64,000 bases of DNA. Origin: Balanoglossus misakiensis (Eukaryota > Animalia > Hemichordata). Position 1 is the first letter of the stretch, and each line of letters begins with the position of its first letter. Below are positions 38,001-49,350 of the stretch, one piece after another. The stretch lies in the NCBI GenBank assembly GCA_040954595.2, contig CM082578.2:11911166-11975165 (forward strand). The letters run 5' to 3'. Both the position numbers and the translations under genes were made by a program. The notes beneath the pieces are model-generated. The model made no database searches. It saw only the letters and a program-made list of their open reading frames with translations, and was not told the DNA's origin.

Positions 38001-40260
38001 GCGCCGGCTACGTGGTGGTGGGGACGGAGAGTGGCACCATATGGGTGTGTGACGCTTGGAATCATCAGTGTAAACATCAGCTCTCCAGAATGCCCGACTC
38101 TGTTCTGTGCCTGCAACACTACAAGGGGTGAGTCCATAAGTCAACAACAGAATACTGACAAGATGATTGGCAATAATCGTTACCAAAATATTGATCCGTG
38201 AATAGTAACTGAGTTTTATACTTCTTTCCAAGAATATTGTGAGAAATTGACTTCAATCCAGATTCTAAACAGTAAATAGATGGTGGGAAATCGGGTAGTG
38301 TTCTGTAGAAAAAAAATGTCATTATTTATTAAAATAGGTGAAATCTGATTATCAGTATTGGTTAGGCCATTCCACTGTGTACAGAGACTGTACGTATATA
38401 TACTCATCAATGTTCCATTTCTTTCCTTGGCAGACACCTCGGTCAGGAATTCTTGTTTGCTGGTCTGGCCAATGGGCTTGTGGCAGTCTTTTCAGCAAGT
38501 TCAGTCAAAGCGGTAAGTAAAAGAAATAGTTGCATTAGCCATCATTTGGGACTACTACATGTATGCATAGACATACTGGCAGACAAATGTGTCTTATAGG
38601 CACATTTTTCCCTCAACTGCTTGCTAGCCAGACATGAATGCGTTCTATCAAGCTGACTATACCAGTATTATTCCACAGGGTCCCTGCATCAATGAGAAAC
38701 TGCTGACCATATCGGAGGAAGAGGAACCAGTCCGTTGTATGACAACAGCCCGGGGGAAGCTGTGGCTGGGCTGTGGGGGACAAGTTGTGAGCATTAAACT
38801 CGACACGTTGGTCGTCACTCCCCATCCTGGGATGGAGTATACTGCCAGGTGAGTTGTCAAGGTGACCACAGTCACTGTGGCCACTGACAGACAGCATTAT
38901 GTTTCTGTGTGTCGAACTGAAAAATGTGATGAAATATTTGACGTGTGTATGAAAATACAAATTTTCCATGCACCGTATGAAATCATTAGTGTGACAGCAT
39001 CCCAGTGAAGCCAAACTAGAAACTGGGCAACTTTGGGACAAATCTTACTATAGACTATCAAGCAAAGTTGTCAGTCCGTGATGTAAAAGAACTAAAAATA
39101 AGGTGTTGAAGTTTGAGAGGAGTTTATGTTGGTTCAAAAACCCTGCAAGATGTCAAACTTCACATCTGGATTAAAGCTTATATGGTCCACTTTTGTGTTG
39201 GGTATTTCAGGAATGGCAGCTTGATCACCAACATCGCGGTGACCAAGCACATTTGGGTCAGTAGGCGTGGCAGTCCACTGGTGGAGTTGTGGGATCTCAA
39301 CAAACCCCACAGACATTCAACCGTCAACTGTGAGACCATTCTCAGGTGAGACTGATTGTCAGATGGCTATATCATCTCCATGTGTCACGCTCTATGTGCA
39401 GTACGTGTGTGGGATGCTCTCTGATGCAAACTACTAAATCTAGGTGTCCTTCTTTTATCCTGTGTACAGATCTAGTGATCCAAGCGCGAAAGGTGTGGAG
39501 TCCAAGGAGGATTATTCGGTGAAGTCACTGTCAGTGCAGTCACATAATGCCGTATGGATTGGAACAAACGGTGGACATGTGATACTCCTGGAGCCCTCAA
39601 CTACACTGAAAGTCATCAGTGTTATACACAGACATACTGGACCGGTCAGGGCCATTGCTGTCAGAGAAACTGGTGGTGAGTTTTCTTTTGGTTTGGTTTT
39701 GTTTGTTTTGATTGATTGTTTGTTTGTTTATTTTGTTTGGCAAATTTGATGTTTCTTGCCTGTCCGTATATTGCAAAATTGGCTAATAGCATTGTGGTTT
39801 GGTTGCAAGATGAATATTTATGGGAAACTTTGTGATTTAAAGAATGCGTAATTTATTTGGTTGTTTGCATTTTATTTCCAGGATCACATCAAGGTTCTCT
39901 GGTTGTGACTGTTGGGACAGGGTTCATAGGTCGTCCAGGGTCACCCATTGAAAAGAGTGGTATGTAGAACGTAATTAATTCTCTCTATAGGTTGTCAATC
40001 TACTGCAAAGCAAAATATTGAGGGTGACTGGGTTGTACACGAAAGGATGTAATTTATGCACTTCGAATTTTGCCAAAAGCAGTGAGGGTTACATTGTAGA
40101 AATCAGCTTCATTTTTCCACTTTTCCTCCAACTTAACTCTGTAGATATGGAATATACGTATGCCTTGGTGTGGGACAGCGCCTTCAGTCGTCAGGTGCAC
40201 AAACTGAAAGCGGATTGTCAGCGACGTGAGGATTGGCTGGAGAGAAATGAACACCACTAA
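8016..40260 (+). CDS. LRRK2: Leucine-rich repeat serine/threonine kinase 2 orthologue (Roco protein: ARM-ANK-LRR-ROC-COR-kinase-WD40), about 68-69 coding exons
   Basis: Phase-compatible exons: 8016-8145, 8257-8348, 9018-9097, 14496-14584, 15902-16030, 16315-16446, 16683-16811, 17165-17284, 17657-17769, 17977-18056, 18230-18336, [18748-18831], 19080-19209, 19534-19664, 19795-19923, 20124-20204, 20420-20562, 20769-20886, 21176-21276, 21405-21524, 21674-21773, 22139-22237, 22670-22882, 23078-23203, 23581-23730, 24025-24152, 24323-24395, [24814-24867], 25164-25375, 25665-25775, 25908-26044, 26143-26294, 26435-26561, 26798-26909, 27015-27089, 27246-27356, 27492-27587, 27750-27892, 28090-28210, 28441-28570, 28704-28863, 29054-29108, 29299-29433, 31975-32133, 32246-32334, 32485-32585, 32828-32928, [33212-33283], [33455-33499], 33925-33990, 34284-34366, 34545-34672, 34855-34955, 35122-35195, 35348-35411, 35525-35590, 35724-35891, 36102-36200, 36516-36644, 36907-37014, 37162-37266, 37449-37550, 37817-38127, 38434-38512, 38628/38679-38848, 39211-39345, 39470-39675, 39882-39959, 40145-40260. 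Motifs resemble vertebrate LRRK2: [145 protein letters not shown]. An in-frame TGA at 7992-7994 lies upstream of ATG 8016. Confidence 0.95.
9133..9197 (+). repeat. Short tandem duplication, three copies of TTTTGGG(G)TATTGACATTT
   Basis: Directly visible. Confidence 0.75.
10829..10927. mobile_element. ~100-bp degenerate palindromic MITE-like element
   Basis: Termini TTGAACCATTTCA... and ...TGAAAGGGGTTCAA are imperfect inverted repeats; an internal TTCCAACT/AGTTGGAA pair is symmetric about the centre. Confidence 0.45.
18748..18831 (+). CDS. LRRK2: Candidate 84-nt symmetric (phase 1-1) cassette exon in the LRRK2 ARM region, (A)[27 protein letters not shown]
   Basis: tccttAG acceptor, GTAAGT donor, open in the LRRK2 frame, GC-rich relative to the intron, upstream TGCATG and CTAAC cluster. 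Confidence 0.7.
20205..20419 (+). other. Non-canonical GC-AG intron in LRRK2
   Basis: GCAG|GCAAGT donor is the only nearby site giving the phase 1 required by exon 20420 (cgtacAG|CA ATT CAG AAG). Confidence 0.8.
20898..20918 (+). repeat. (GA)n microsatellite followed by purine-rich low-complexity sequence
   Basis: gagagagagagagagacagag in an LRRK2 intron. Confidence 0.8.
25164..27587 (+). other. LRRK2: LRRK2 leucine-rich-repeat domain (exons)
   Basis: LxxLxLxxNxL repeats: [56 protein letters not shown]. Confidence 0.9.
29568..30620 (+). repeat. Left arm minisatellite: 32-bp units GAAATCTGAAGTCTGTGACTTATTCCTTATTC and GGATT(C/A)TGAAGTCTGTGACTTTTTCCTTATTC plus 18-bp AAAGCTTATTCCTTATTC; TTATTCC heptamer core
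   Basis: Directly visible tandem array with higher-order ordering of unit variants. Confidence 0.95.
30639..31110. repeat. Three degenerate copies of an internal unit (TTTTGCCCAAATTTTGGGTGACC...TGACCTTTGA..TACTTTCC) inside the foldback element
   Basis: Copies start near 30639, 30876 and 31061. Confidence 0.7.
31398..31877 (-). repeat. Right arm minisatellite (reverse complement of the left-arm units)
   Basis: GAATAAGGAATAAGTCACAGACTTCAGATTTC arrays; the outermost unit is present in more copies than on the left arm. Confidence 0.95.
35348..37550 (+). other. LRRK2: LRRK2 kinase domain (exons)
   Basis: GDGSYG glycine loop, [12 protein letters not shown] catalytic loop, LRRK-type DYG motif, APE, DVYSFG. 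Confidence 0.95.
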
Positions 40261-42479
40261 ACTATGCAAATTGGTGATTGGATCATATTCTGGTGCTATT
40301 AACATTTAACATTGTCCACTTTTAAGACAGTTACTTATTCAGCCATGTCATTTACATAATTTATGCTTGACACATAACCGTGAATGAGTCACAAATACTG
40401 ATTCAAAAGTCCTAAAACGTGAAAAGATAACCATAAATGTATTGCCATGAAATATATGCAGGATATTATATCTTCCAGCATTTAGTTTCCCTTAGCCACA
40501 TGAGAGATAGTACTAAATAAAAATCTTAATTTTGCCTGTGTTTTTATTTTCTTACATCATTTCATGAACACAGTGCATTTTGAAGTGTCTGGTTTATTGA
40601 CCACGTTTCTACGATCCTCTGGTCTGACATTTGAGCCCCAAATCAAAAGTACCGGTAAGTGAAATTGTGTCACTCATATTGAACAATTTTTAATCTCCAT
40701 TAAAGGCTGACAGTTATGATAGAAACCATAACCTAGTATCGTCCAGCAAGAATTGCAATATATTACGCTTTTGCCAGTCAAATAAACATTGTATTTACAT
40801 TTTACATTTTAAATCTGCCACTGTCATGAATGTTTATAATTTACTACTTCATTACATATAAACACAACTTTGAAGTCTTTTTTAATAATGCATTGAAAGT
40901 ACAAATAATAAATTAATTCAGTAAATACCTGTGGTACTTCTAAAACTCAGCTTTTAACTGCCACACATAAACAAGACTATTTACATGTTCTTAATTTCAC
41001 TTACAATTTTTATCTATGCAGAGTGTCTTTCTTTTACAGTGTCATTAACATTTTGGTAAAACAAGTAAACTTAAAATGCCATGAAGTTTTTGTTTAGCCA
41101 CCATATGTGTTTTTATATCCAGAGATTTAACATCAGCAATATCATTATTGGCTGTATAAAAATATATTTATGCATTGTATGAAAATCTAGTTAACTAGAA
41201 ATCTGTTACATTTTTACGTAAAATTGGATGCAATACTGTTTGCAGGTGAAAAGGCAGAAAGAATGCTTCTGTAAAGCATGATCACTCCACAAACAGGACT
41301 TAACTATGCAAAATATCAAACTGATGAACAAAAATCAGTTCTGGGGTCTTTCATTGTGTTTGATAGATGTTTAAATACCAGGATAATATCTTAAATGTAT
41401 ATGCAAGAAATAGCTTTGTTATGCTAATAAGGTGTTATTAACATTAATTATTTACACGCACAAATGATTTCTAAATTTTATTCAGAATATACTAGATTTT
41501 ATTAGCAGCTTTATAGCCAGGTTGATGTAAATTCAGGTGTGATTAAAATATCCGATATTGAGAATTTAGAACAAATATAATTTATATCATTGTAAATAAA
41601 ATAATGAAAAACTTTTATTGTAGATAAATAATTTATATCTAATGTAGTTTGTTTTATACATGAACATATTTCTTTTTTTTTGATGCAAACTTAAACACTT
41701 GCATCCAATATACTTTGTTTTGTACATTCTTGATACGAAACAATAAAATGGTTCAAATCTATACCGTGGTTTAATATGTGTTCTTTGTTTTACACAATTC
41801 AATCTCCAAATATTAAAATAAAGAATTAGTATGTAGCAGCCACTAGTAATGCATCTGGCAAGCAATCATGGTTCCATTTCCAGTTGTTCATTTAACTGCT
41901 TCATTAAGCCTCAAAAGCACAGAGAAGTACAAGAAGGACAGGAGACTTTTTCGAGTTTGTATTTGCCAATTTTATTGGTTTCTATATTGATGTTTATTCA
42001 CTTTTATTGATGTCCATTTTTCTTGATTGTTCCAGTGATCTGTACTGCCCCAGAACTCGAGTTTTCAAAACTCAAAAAGTCTGAATGCAGCTTTATGTAT
42101 ACCAAAAATAGAGTTATAACCATCACCCTTGTTCTCCAAAAAATAAACTGCATCATTGGAATTTGTGCATCACAAATACATGTATTCTTTGCCAGAAAGA
42201 TTAATTAATGTTAAAAAAACTCATGAGTACTGTTCACCTTTTTGTATGCTGTACATTCCATGACAGTTTCTAAAACTTGTTCTTGCCCCTTTTTGAGGTA
42301 CAAGTCACACATCGCTCTCCTTAACTTGCTAAATCAATTTTCCTCTCATGAGAAAGCTTCAATGCAGGTTGTGTTTAATACTTGGAATCATATTTGCAAA
42401 AAAAATCAGAGAACCCTGCGAATCCAATCAAAAAGCCAATCAAAATGTCAGCTGCGATCATGTGACGACCATGTGACAA

Positions 42480-45400
42480 TCAGAAGGCGGCCACATTGGC
42501 CAACGCCGGTATGATCTTCTCGTAGATGGTGATACCCTTCAAGAAGATCTTTTCATTCAGGAATTCGTTGTGATCGTGCAGCAGGACTGGAGTGTGGTTC
42601 ATGGGAGAGAAACCGATTGCAGAGTAGCCCAGCTGCAATGAAAATACAGAAATAAATTCAGAACAAAAAATTAGTGCAGGTGGTTATACATCAACAGTGT
42701 GACATGTTGATACGAGCTGTATGATGCAAACAAAATTTAGAAGACGAAATGAAGTGAATATAACGTCTCCATTGACACACTTGCCAAAAATGTTCATTGA
42801 TGGATACTGTGAACAAATAAGATACATGTGAATTAGATACCTTTCTGAGATGTCGACTGTCAGTCGCAGCTGGGAAGATTTCAGTTTCTATCTTCATGCC
42901 CCTGTGATTTAACAAGTGACAAAGTGTAAAAAGTATTACAGCATTAATAAGCATGTTAACATTAGAACGATCTAAGTACCGGTAATTGTGTCCAGATTCA
43001 CACCCTCACCATTTCAGGTAAAGACATCATCCTATTTTCTCCTCTCACTCACTTACTCTCTCTCTCTCTCACTCACTCTCTGTCACTTACATTTGTTCAC
43101 AGACAGTACTGAATGCATTCCACCATGGGTCATCTTTGCTTATAGATGTTGTGGTGTTGTCATCATGTTTCTATGGAAACAAAATAAAACAATATTTAAA
43201 AGATGGTATCAGACCGTAGCACATGTTGGTGAAATTCATATTTTTTTGTACCAAGGTATTACACAATACAAAAAAGTCTCAACACACTGATATACATAGA
43301 CATTTGATCTGTTGGCGATTTCAAAACCTTTACTGAGATGTTGGAATGGTAAGTACATGTACCTGTTTAAACTCAAACGTGACATCATTACCAGCTTCAT
43401 TGCACCAAGTTTTGATCTTTTCTTCAAATTCCTGATAATCAGAAGAAAAATTCATGGATATATCAACAAAGCTTGTGCAAGAAATGTTTAAGCATCAAAG
43501 TACATGTAAATGTATTGTAAGTGTATTGTAGAATGTCCAAACCCTTTCACTGCCAGTTTCATTTGCAGAGGTCCAACTTAAACCACATACGTTTGTGTTT
43601 CATGATTCATAAATACTACATTACTAGTACACTTACATCCATATCTTGTGAAGGTGCCAGACGAATATCAAAAGCCGCTGTGAAGTGAGTTGGAACAACG
43701 TTGAATGCAATGCCACCCTGTCATGAATACAAACAAATGTTTTCAGTGGTTAGTCTATATCATATGCACGGCTTTTAACTTTTGCAGCCAGGAAGCTCGA
43801 AATTTTGTTGCAGGAGCTCTTAATAAGCAATGCAGCCTAATACAATGAATGGAAGTCAGTATGGCATCTACCCATTGACACAGGACTGCAGGTCTGAGAA
43901 AATTTCTGTGAAATTATATACATAGTTGATGAATTGATTTACCTCAAGTTTTGTAAGATTTACAGTGGTGACATCACCGAGCCTCAAGTCTTCATTCTTC
44001 TGAAGTCTGAGTGTACAAATAGGAAAAAATTTAAACTTACAACTATATTTACAAAATGTTATCAGCACACAGGCTACGCTTTTAATTTTTTGTGCACATG
44101 ATCTCATCCTTTACAATGTAGCAGAGTTGGACAACAAATCATGTGAAAATTTCCTGAAGTTGCTAGCTGAGAATCAACATGTCATCCCACAACTTACTTT
44201 TGTTTTTGTTCTTCTCTGTACGCCAGAAACGAGTTGATTACTTTTTGCTGATTAAAAAAAAGAGAGAAAGTGGAATCAAGGATCACCCAACACAGTGGAA
44301 CTGGAATTCAATAATATCCATGGTGTCAGATTATCTGTTTTAGTCTCCCTGGGGTCAGGGAGGAAATAACCCCAACCATGCAACCATCAATCCAAGTGTC
44401 AAGAGTTGTTGAGTCAGCACAGCATGGCATATATAGTTACCATGTCAACTCAACACAATTGCTATGGTGTCACCATAGTTGCATCTTCCTGTTAATCTCA
44501 CCAGTTTTTCCGCGGCAGTATCTTCAATAAACCGAGATCCGTGACCAGGCTTACCGCAACATTTCACGGTCACCCCTGTGGTGTGAAAAAATCAGAAATG
44601 CAATCTGACTTTAGATGTTTATTGTCAACTGCAGGTTGATCCACAAATAATCAGCATTTTTCACTAACATGCATACAACTGAGATTATTGACAGGGAATA
44701 AAAAAATACTTACACCAGACTGGTCTTTCACCATAGAACACAGTGAAAACATCAGAGGGGTTGGCCAAACCTGCATGAAGAATGCCATCATTTATAATAC
44801 AATGTACATTGAAAATCACTGCGACTTTTTCCTTTTAACTATCTCTTTTAGGATCAGTAAACAGGTCATTTTGGGGGCACACATTACTCAAAACAAAGTA
44901 TTTCAGAGGCCAAGAATATCAAAATGTAACATATAATGTCTTGACTACAGAGTTTCATACAGTACCTTCATCCACGACATATCCTATATTCAAGTCTTTG
45001 AACTCCTGAGTTTTAGTAAATGCCTCCATTCCGTACTTTCCGGTAACTTCCTCATCTGGAAAGGAAGATGTTCAAGACAATAACAACTACATAACAGATT
45101 ACGAAACAGACGTGGTTTTAACACGGCTGATGATGATTGGATTGGATCTGTGGATATAATGTTACACAACCCTTTTTACCTGGCACAAATACCATGTGGA
45201 TTGTCCGTAACAGCTGAACACCTTGACTCTTGAGTCTCCGCACAGCCTCTAGGTACCTGATGAAGAATCCAGACCAAATTAATGTTTACTATTTTTTATA
45301 GCTTTTCAGTTCATGTGAAAGGATCGCGATATCTGCCTGTAAAATACATGCTTGATACTGGCATTAAAATCTGAAGAGAATGCAAGTTTCCTACTCACTG

Positions 45401-46689
45401 TATGCCAACACTCTTCATATCCTAGGAAGAAAACGACAGATTAAGGTGTTTTTGTTATTTTACGAAATGTAAATTTCATTCAGGGTTTGACTAACAGATT
45501 AGTATCATTGGTCATTTTCTGTGGTGGCACACTTTGCTATTAATACCACTTGAACCCATGTTCATACAACTTAACCTACAAATGTATGTTCTGCCTCACC
45601 TGAGTACCTCTGCCATATATGTCACCATTCTCATACTTCTTGGCTTCAAAAGCATCACACTTCCAATGTTCCTATCAAATACCAAGACGACTCAATTAGA
45701 CAGAACAAGACAATGAACCAACCTTGCACAAAACTAAATGATTTCCGGTTTTACAGTACACACTGTTGGAGAAAAACTTACCGGATAGACTGGAACTACA
45801 TCTGTATGAGAATTCAAAATGAGCGACGGAAGGGTTGGGTCTTTGCCTTCCCATGTTATCACCACGACGACCCTTCCGGGATGAACTTCAATGCAGCGGG
45901 AGGGTAGGTCCAGTTTCTTGGCCTCTTTCACCAGGAAGTTGACTGCACCATCTATTGTATTATTTAGAGGGGGAGGGGAAATGTGCAATTGGTCACAAGT
46001 CATCATGAAGAACATGTTCAGTCTGTCACACAACAAAACCAGACTTCGATGATGCCTGTGCGTGCGGGGGGGGGGGGGCGCCCCACCTCCCCAAGACGCA
46101 GCCTTGCTGACCTTGTGAAAGGTCATTGGAGGTCACGGTGACCGTTCAATGACACTGTCCTCTGCTCCTCTGTTTTGAATGTACAAACACGCTCCCGTGA
46201 TACAAAGGATAAACAATGATGTTGCCGCTCGTGATTTACATGAAGGTGGCAATCCATCAATATTATATGCTGGGTGTTTATGTCTGGCTATATCGATCGC
46301 ACCCACCCCACCCCGCCCCGCCCCGCCCACAGCCTGCCACAGGTGCAGTTTTAGTTCAGAAATATCGCCATACGTTTCAGAGGGTGCATCTTAAACAAGT
46401 ATGCGATCGATTGCACTACTGGGACCGCAGAGTGACACTGTTTGTAGATGTATAGGTGTTTCTTCGTATGTCTTCTTGTAATTATTGGGGGTTGGGTGAG
46501 GGGGCGCAGCCAGGCAAATCATGCAGCCTGTTCAGGAACACTCGATCGACCGGGTCCCTGTGAAGTATACTATGTAGTAGTACTTTGCCTACCGTAATCT
46601 GGGTCCGGAAGCGCACTCACAGTCTTGATCCGAATATATTCTCTAAATGTCGTGACGACTGGGTCCTCTTTCTCATTTTCCCGTGGCAT
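42480..46689 (-). CDS. ACY1: Aminoacylase-1 (M20A zinc metallopeptidase family), 15 coding exons, 405 aa
   Basis: Exons in plus coordinates: 46593-46689, 45782-45951, 45600-45671, 45399-45421, 45180-45256, 44966-45055, 44714-44770, 44502-44575, 44198-44247, 43943-44006, 43637-43717, 43363-43431, 43091-43170, 42841-42901, 42480-42632 = 1218 nt. Motifs [71 protein letters not shown]. Confidence 0.96.
43057..43081 (+). repeat. (CT)n microsatellite in an ACY1 intron
   Basis: ctctctctctctctcactcactctct. Confidence 0.75.
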
Positions 46690-47367
46690 ATTCACAACTA
46701 CTGCTACCAACAGACCAACAGAGTTTGTGGTTGACCCTGGATGACCTCATGTCACCTATGTCACATGACTTCGAATTTCATGTCAGCTGATCACCCGAGG
46801 ACGCCACACCTGTATTTTCTTACGAAGTTGATTTCGGCTGTCGATAGCGCAGAGGCTGTCGCAAATAATAGCGTACATATTTGTACATGACTTCTACCCC
46901 ATCCACTGTCTATGGTTGTACCACTGTCACCAGTGGGCTTCGCGGCGAGTCCAAGTTGAAAGCCTGCAAAGCCTGCGATACGCGCATCATGTTGGTATCT
47001 CGGGCGCGACACCCCCGACTACTGATTTGACCTGTCACCTCTCTGTATGTCCCAACAAATTTTTAGTCCACTTTTTCAGCAAATTATCCTGTAACATTGC
47101 CTAGTTTCCGGTTTGTATGATAAAATTACCCTCTTTATTAATTCATATTGCCATATCACCATTTATTAACTATTTTGTTAACTTATACTTGCGCTACGGA
47201 CCCAGTTTGTATACGAATTAGGGGCTCTTAAATTTTGACTGAGATTATCAAAAACATAAATCTTGTGTGGCGAGCGATAACCACATTGCTTGGGCACTTG
47301 CTTCGAAATCCGTAGTTTGCAGGGCAAAGTACCGGAGGGCGTGATTATTGACAAATCCCGGGTTGAG
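46690..47367. promoter_or_regulatory. Putative bidirectional promoter between ACY1 and ABHD14, including a probable non-coding first exon of ABHD14 ending at 47367
   Basis: CpG-rich; donor gag|GTAAGG at 47368; acceptor cttttcAG at 48007-48008 just upstream of ATG 48025; E-box/CLEAR-like GTCACATGAC at 46760-46769; ETS-like TTCCGG near 47106. Confidence 0.55.
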
Positions 47368-48024
47368 GTAAGGTAGGTTACCGCACGGAGCGGAGGTGGC
47401 AAACGCATATTGTTTTTTTGGCGAGTTTTGGAGTCATCGAGGATGCATCCAACTTGCGTTCAGTACACCGTATACATTTATACCGCACTGCAGACTCCAG
47501 TCACCCGTGATTCACCCATTTCATAGATAGACATACGTCGTTTATTTGTGGCTACAGAATTATTCTGATAATTGTACGTTCAGGTATAATGCGTCATAGT
47601 CTGGGAGTCCGCCGTGGAGTTTGTAGGTGGCACACCCATGCTCCGATTGTAACAGAACATGTATATTGGTGCAGCATAGCTGCAATGATTGTAGCGGGTG
47701 CTGCTAGTTTGACTGGTGTGTTCGCAGCCACTATTCGCTCCAATCATTGTGCAGCTAACAGGGTAGGGCTGTGTGTCTGTCTCAGCTGTTCGCCTCGCAC
47801 CATGCACCACTGCAAAGTGCTCAACCAAATGATAATAGAACTTTGGTATATCTATAGCTCCAGGGTCTATGCTATAAGCAACAGAACATATCAACATATC
47901 AGTTGAACTTGTCAGTATTATAATGCAGAAAACTTTTTAGAGTGTTATACAGTATTCAGAATTGCATCATTGGTCATCACTGATCTACTGAACTGTCTTT
48001 CTTTTCAGCATTTGTCCAGACTTA

Positions 48025-49350
48025 ATGAATGTAAACATAAACAAACCTCTACTGGCAGCCATAGCTGGGGCGGTTTTTGTCATATATATCCTTTGGATGA
48101 ACTTCTATCCGAGTTCAGATAGCACAATGTCTACCGTGTACTCAGCCCGTTCCATCCCAGAAGACCTAAAGTACAGCAAACAGAATAGTGAAGATGCCAA
48201 AAATATTGGTATCACGGAGGAGAAAGTGACCGTTGAGGGTGCTACCGGCGAAGTGTTTTACAGGGTGGCTGTTGATCAGAGACAAAATCTGAAGATCCTT
48301 GGCAATGTGCTGTTGCTTCATGGAATGAAGTTTTCCTCAGAGGATTGGTTGAACCTGGGGACTATGCACCAGCTGGCCAAACTTGGATACCGTGTTGTTG
48401 CCGTCGATTTGCCAGGTTGGTGCAGGGATTCTGATACTTGTTTTTGTTCACACACACAAACTGCGCGCTGTTGGAAATAGCTGTGGTACGCAGCTGTACC
48501 GTTGGGGGGGGGGGGGGGGGGCTGATTACCCACGTGATTATATGTGGTTAAAGGAAGAATCTGAATGTAGTTGTGACACGGAACAGTTTGTTAGAGTGTA
48601 CAGAGACCGAGTAGACTGCAATGTGCGTTGAGGCTTGCAATATTTTTGATGAGCTGCATTGTTAATTCACAGACTGAAACAGAAGTGCCATATTTGTGTT
48701 TTTCCATTCAGGTTTTGGAAAGTCAAAAGCCACGAAACTGACAGCACACAATGAAGATTTCCTGAGTAACTTGATAAAAGCGGTAAAAGTCGAGCCTGCA
48801 GTAGTGGTGTCACCGTCGATGAGTGGCATTTTCGCCCTGCCTCTCCTCATGAAAGATCAAAGCCTCTTCCGCGGGTTCATACCAGTGGCGCCCGTCGATT
48901 CAGACAAGTTTACAAAAGGAGACTATGATAAAATAAAGGTAAGTACATGTATTGTGTCCACTCACATGTGTGCCTTCTGTTGTACGAAGTTCAGTTTGAT
49001 CTCAAGGCAAAAAAAATTGTGTTCTGAGAATCCGACATACACTATTTAAATCTTGCCGACCCTAAACTTTTTACAAGTATGTCGACGCAAAAGTTTAAAC
49101 TCGAGGAAGCATGTACAGTTCTTGTTCACTGTAATTTTTTTCCCTTCCCCAGGTTCCAACAATGATAGTGTATGGTGAGCTTGATACAGGTCTTGGCCAG
49201 CAGTCACTGGAGAATTTACAGCACATAGAGAACAAAGAGGTGCACGTATTGCCCAAGGCCAACCATCCAGCCTACTTGGATCAACCGGATCTCTGGCACT
49301 CATTGCTCTATTCATTCCTGAAAGGCTTGCCTGCAGAGAAGACGCAGTAA
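48025..49350 (+). CDS. ABHD14A: ABHD14 family alpha/beta hydrolase with N-terminal membrane anchor (ABHD14A-like), 3 coding exons, 271 aa
   Basis: Exons 48025-48415, 48712-48938, 49153-49350 (816 nt). Motifs [36 protein letters not shown] (ABHD14 SxSxS nucleophile motif), [26 protein letters not shown]; hydrophobic segment [16 protein letters not shown]. May be the pro-orthologue of both ABHD14A and ABHD14B. Confidence 0.9.

Noticed and set aside
46780-47350. tRNA or snRNA in the GC-rich ACY1/ABHD14 intergenic region
   Set aside because: No cloverleaf, A/B boxes or Sm site recognisable; better explained as a promoter.
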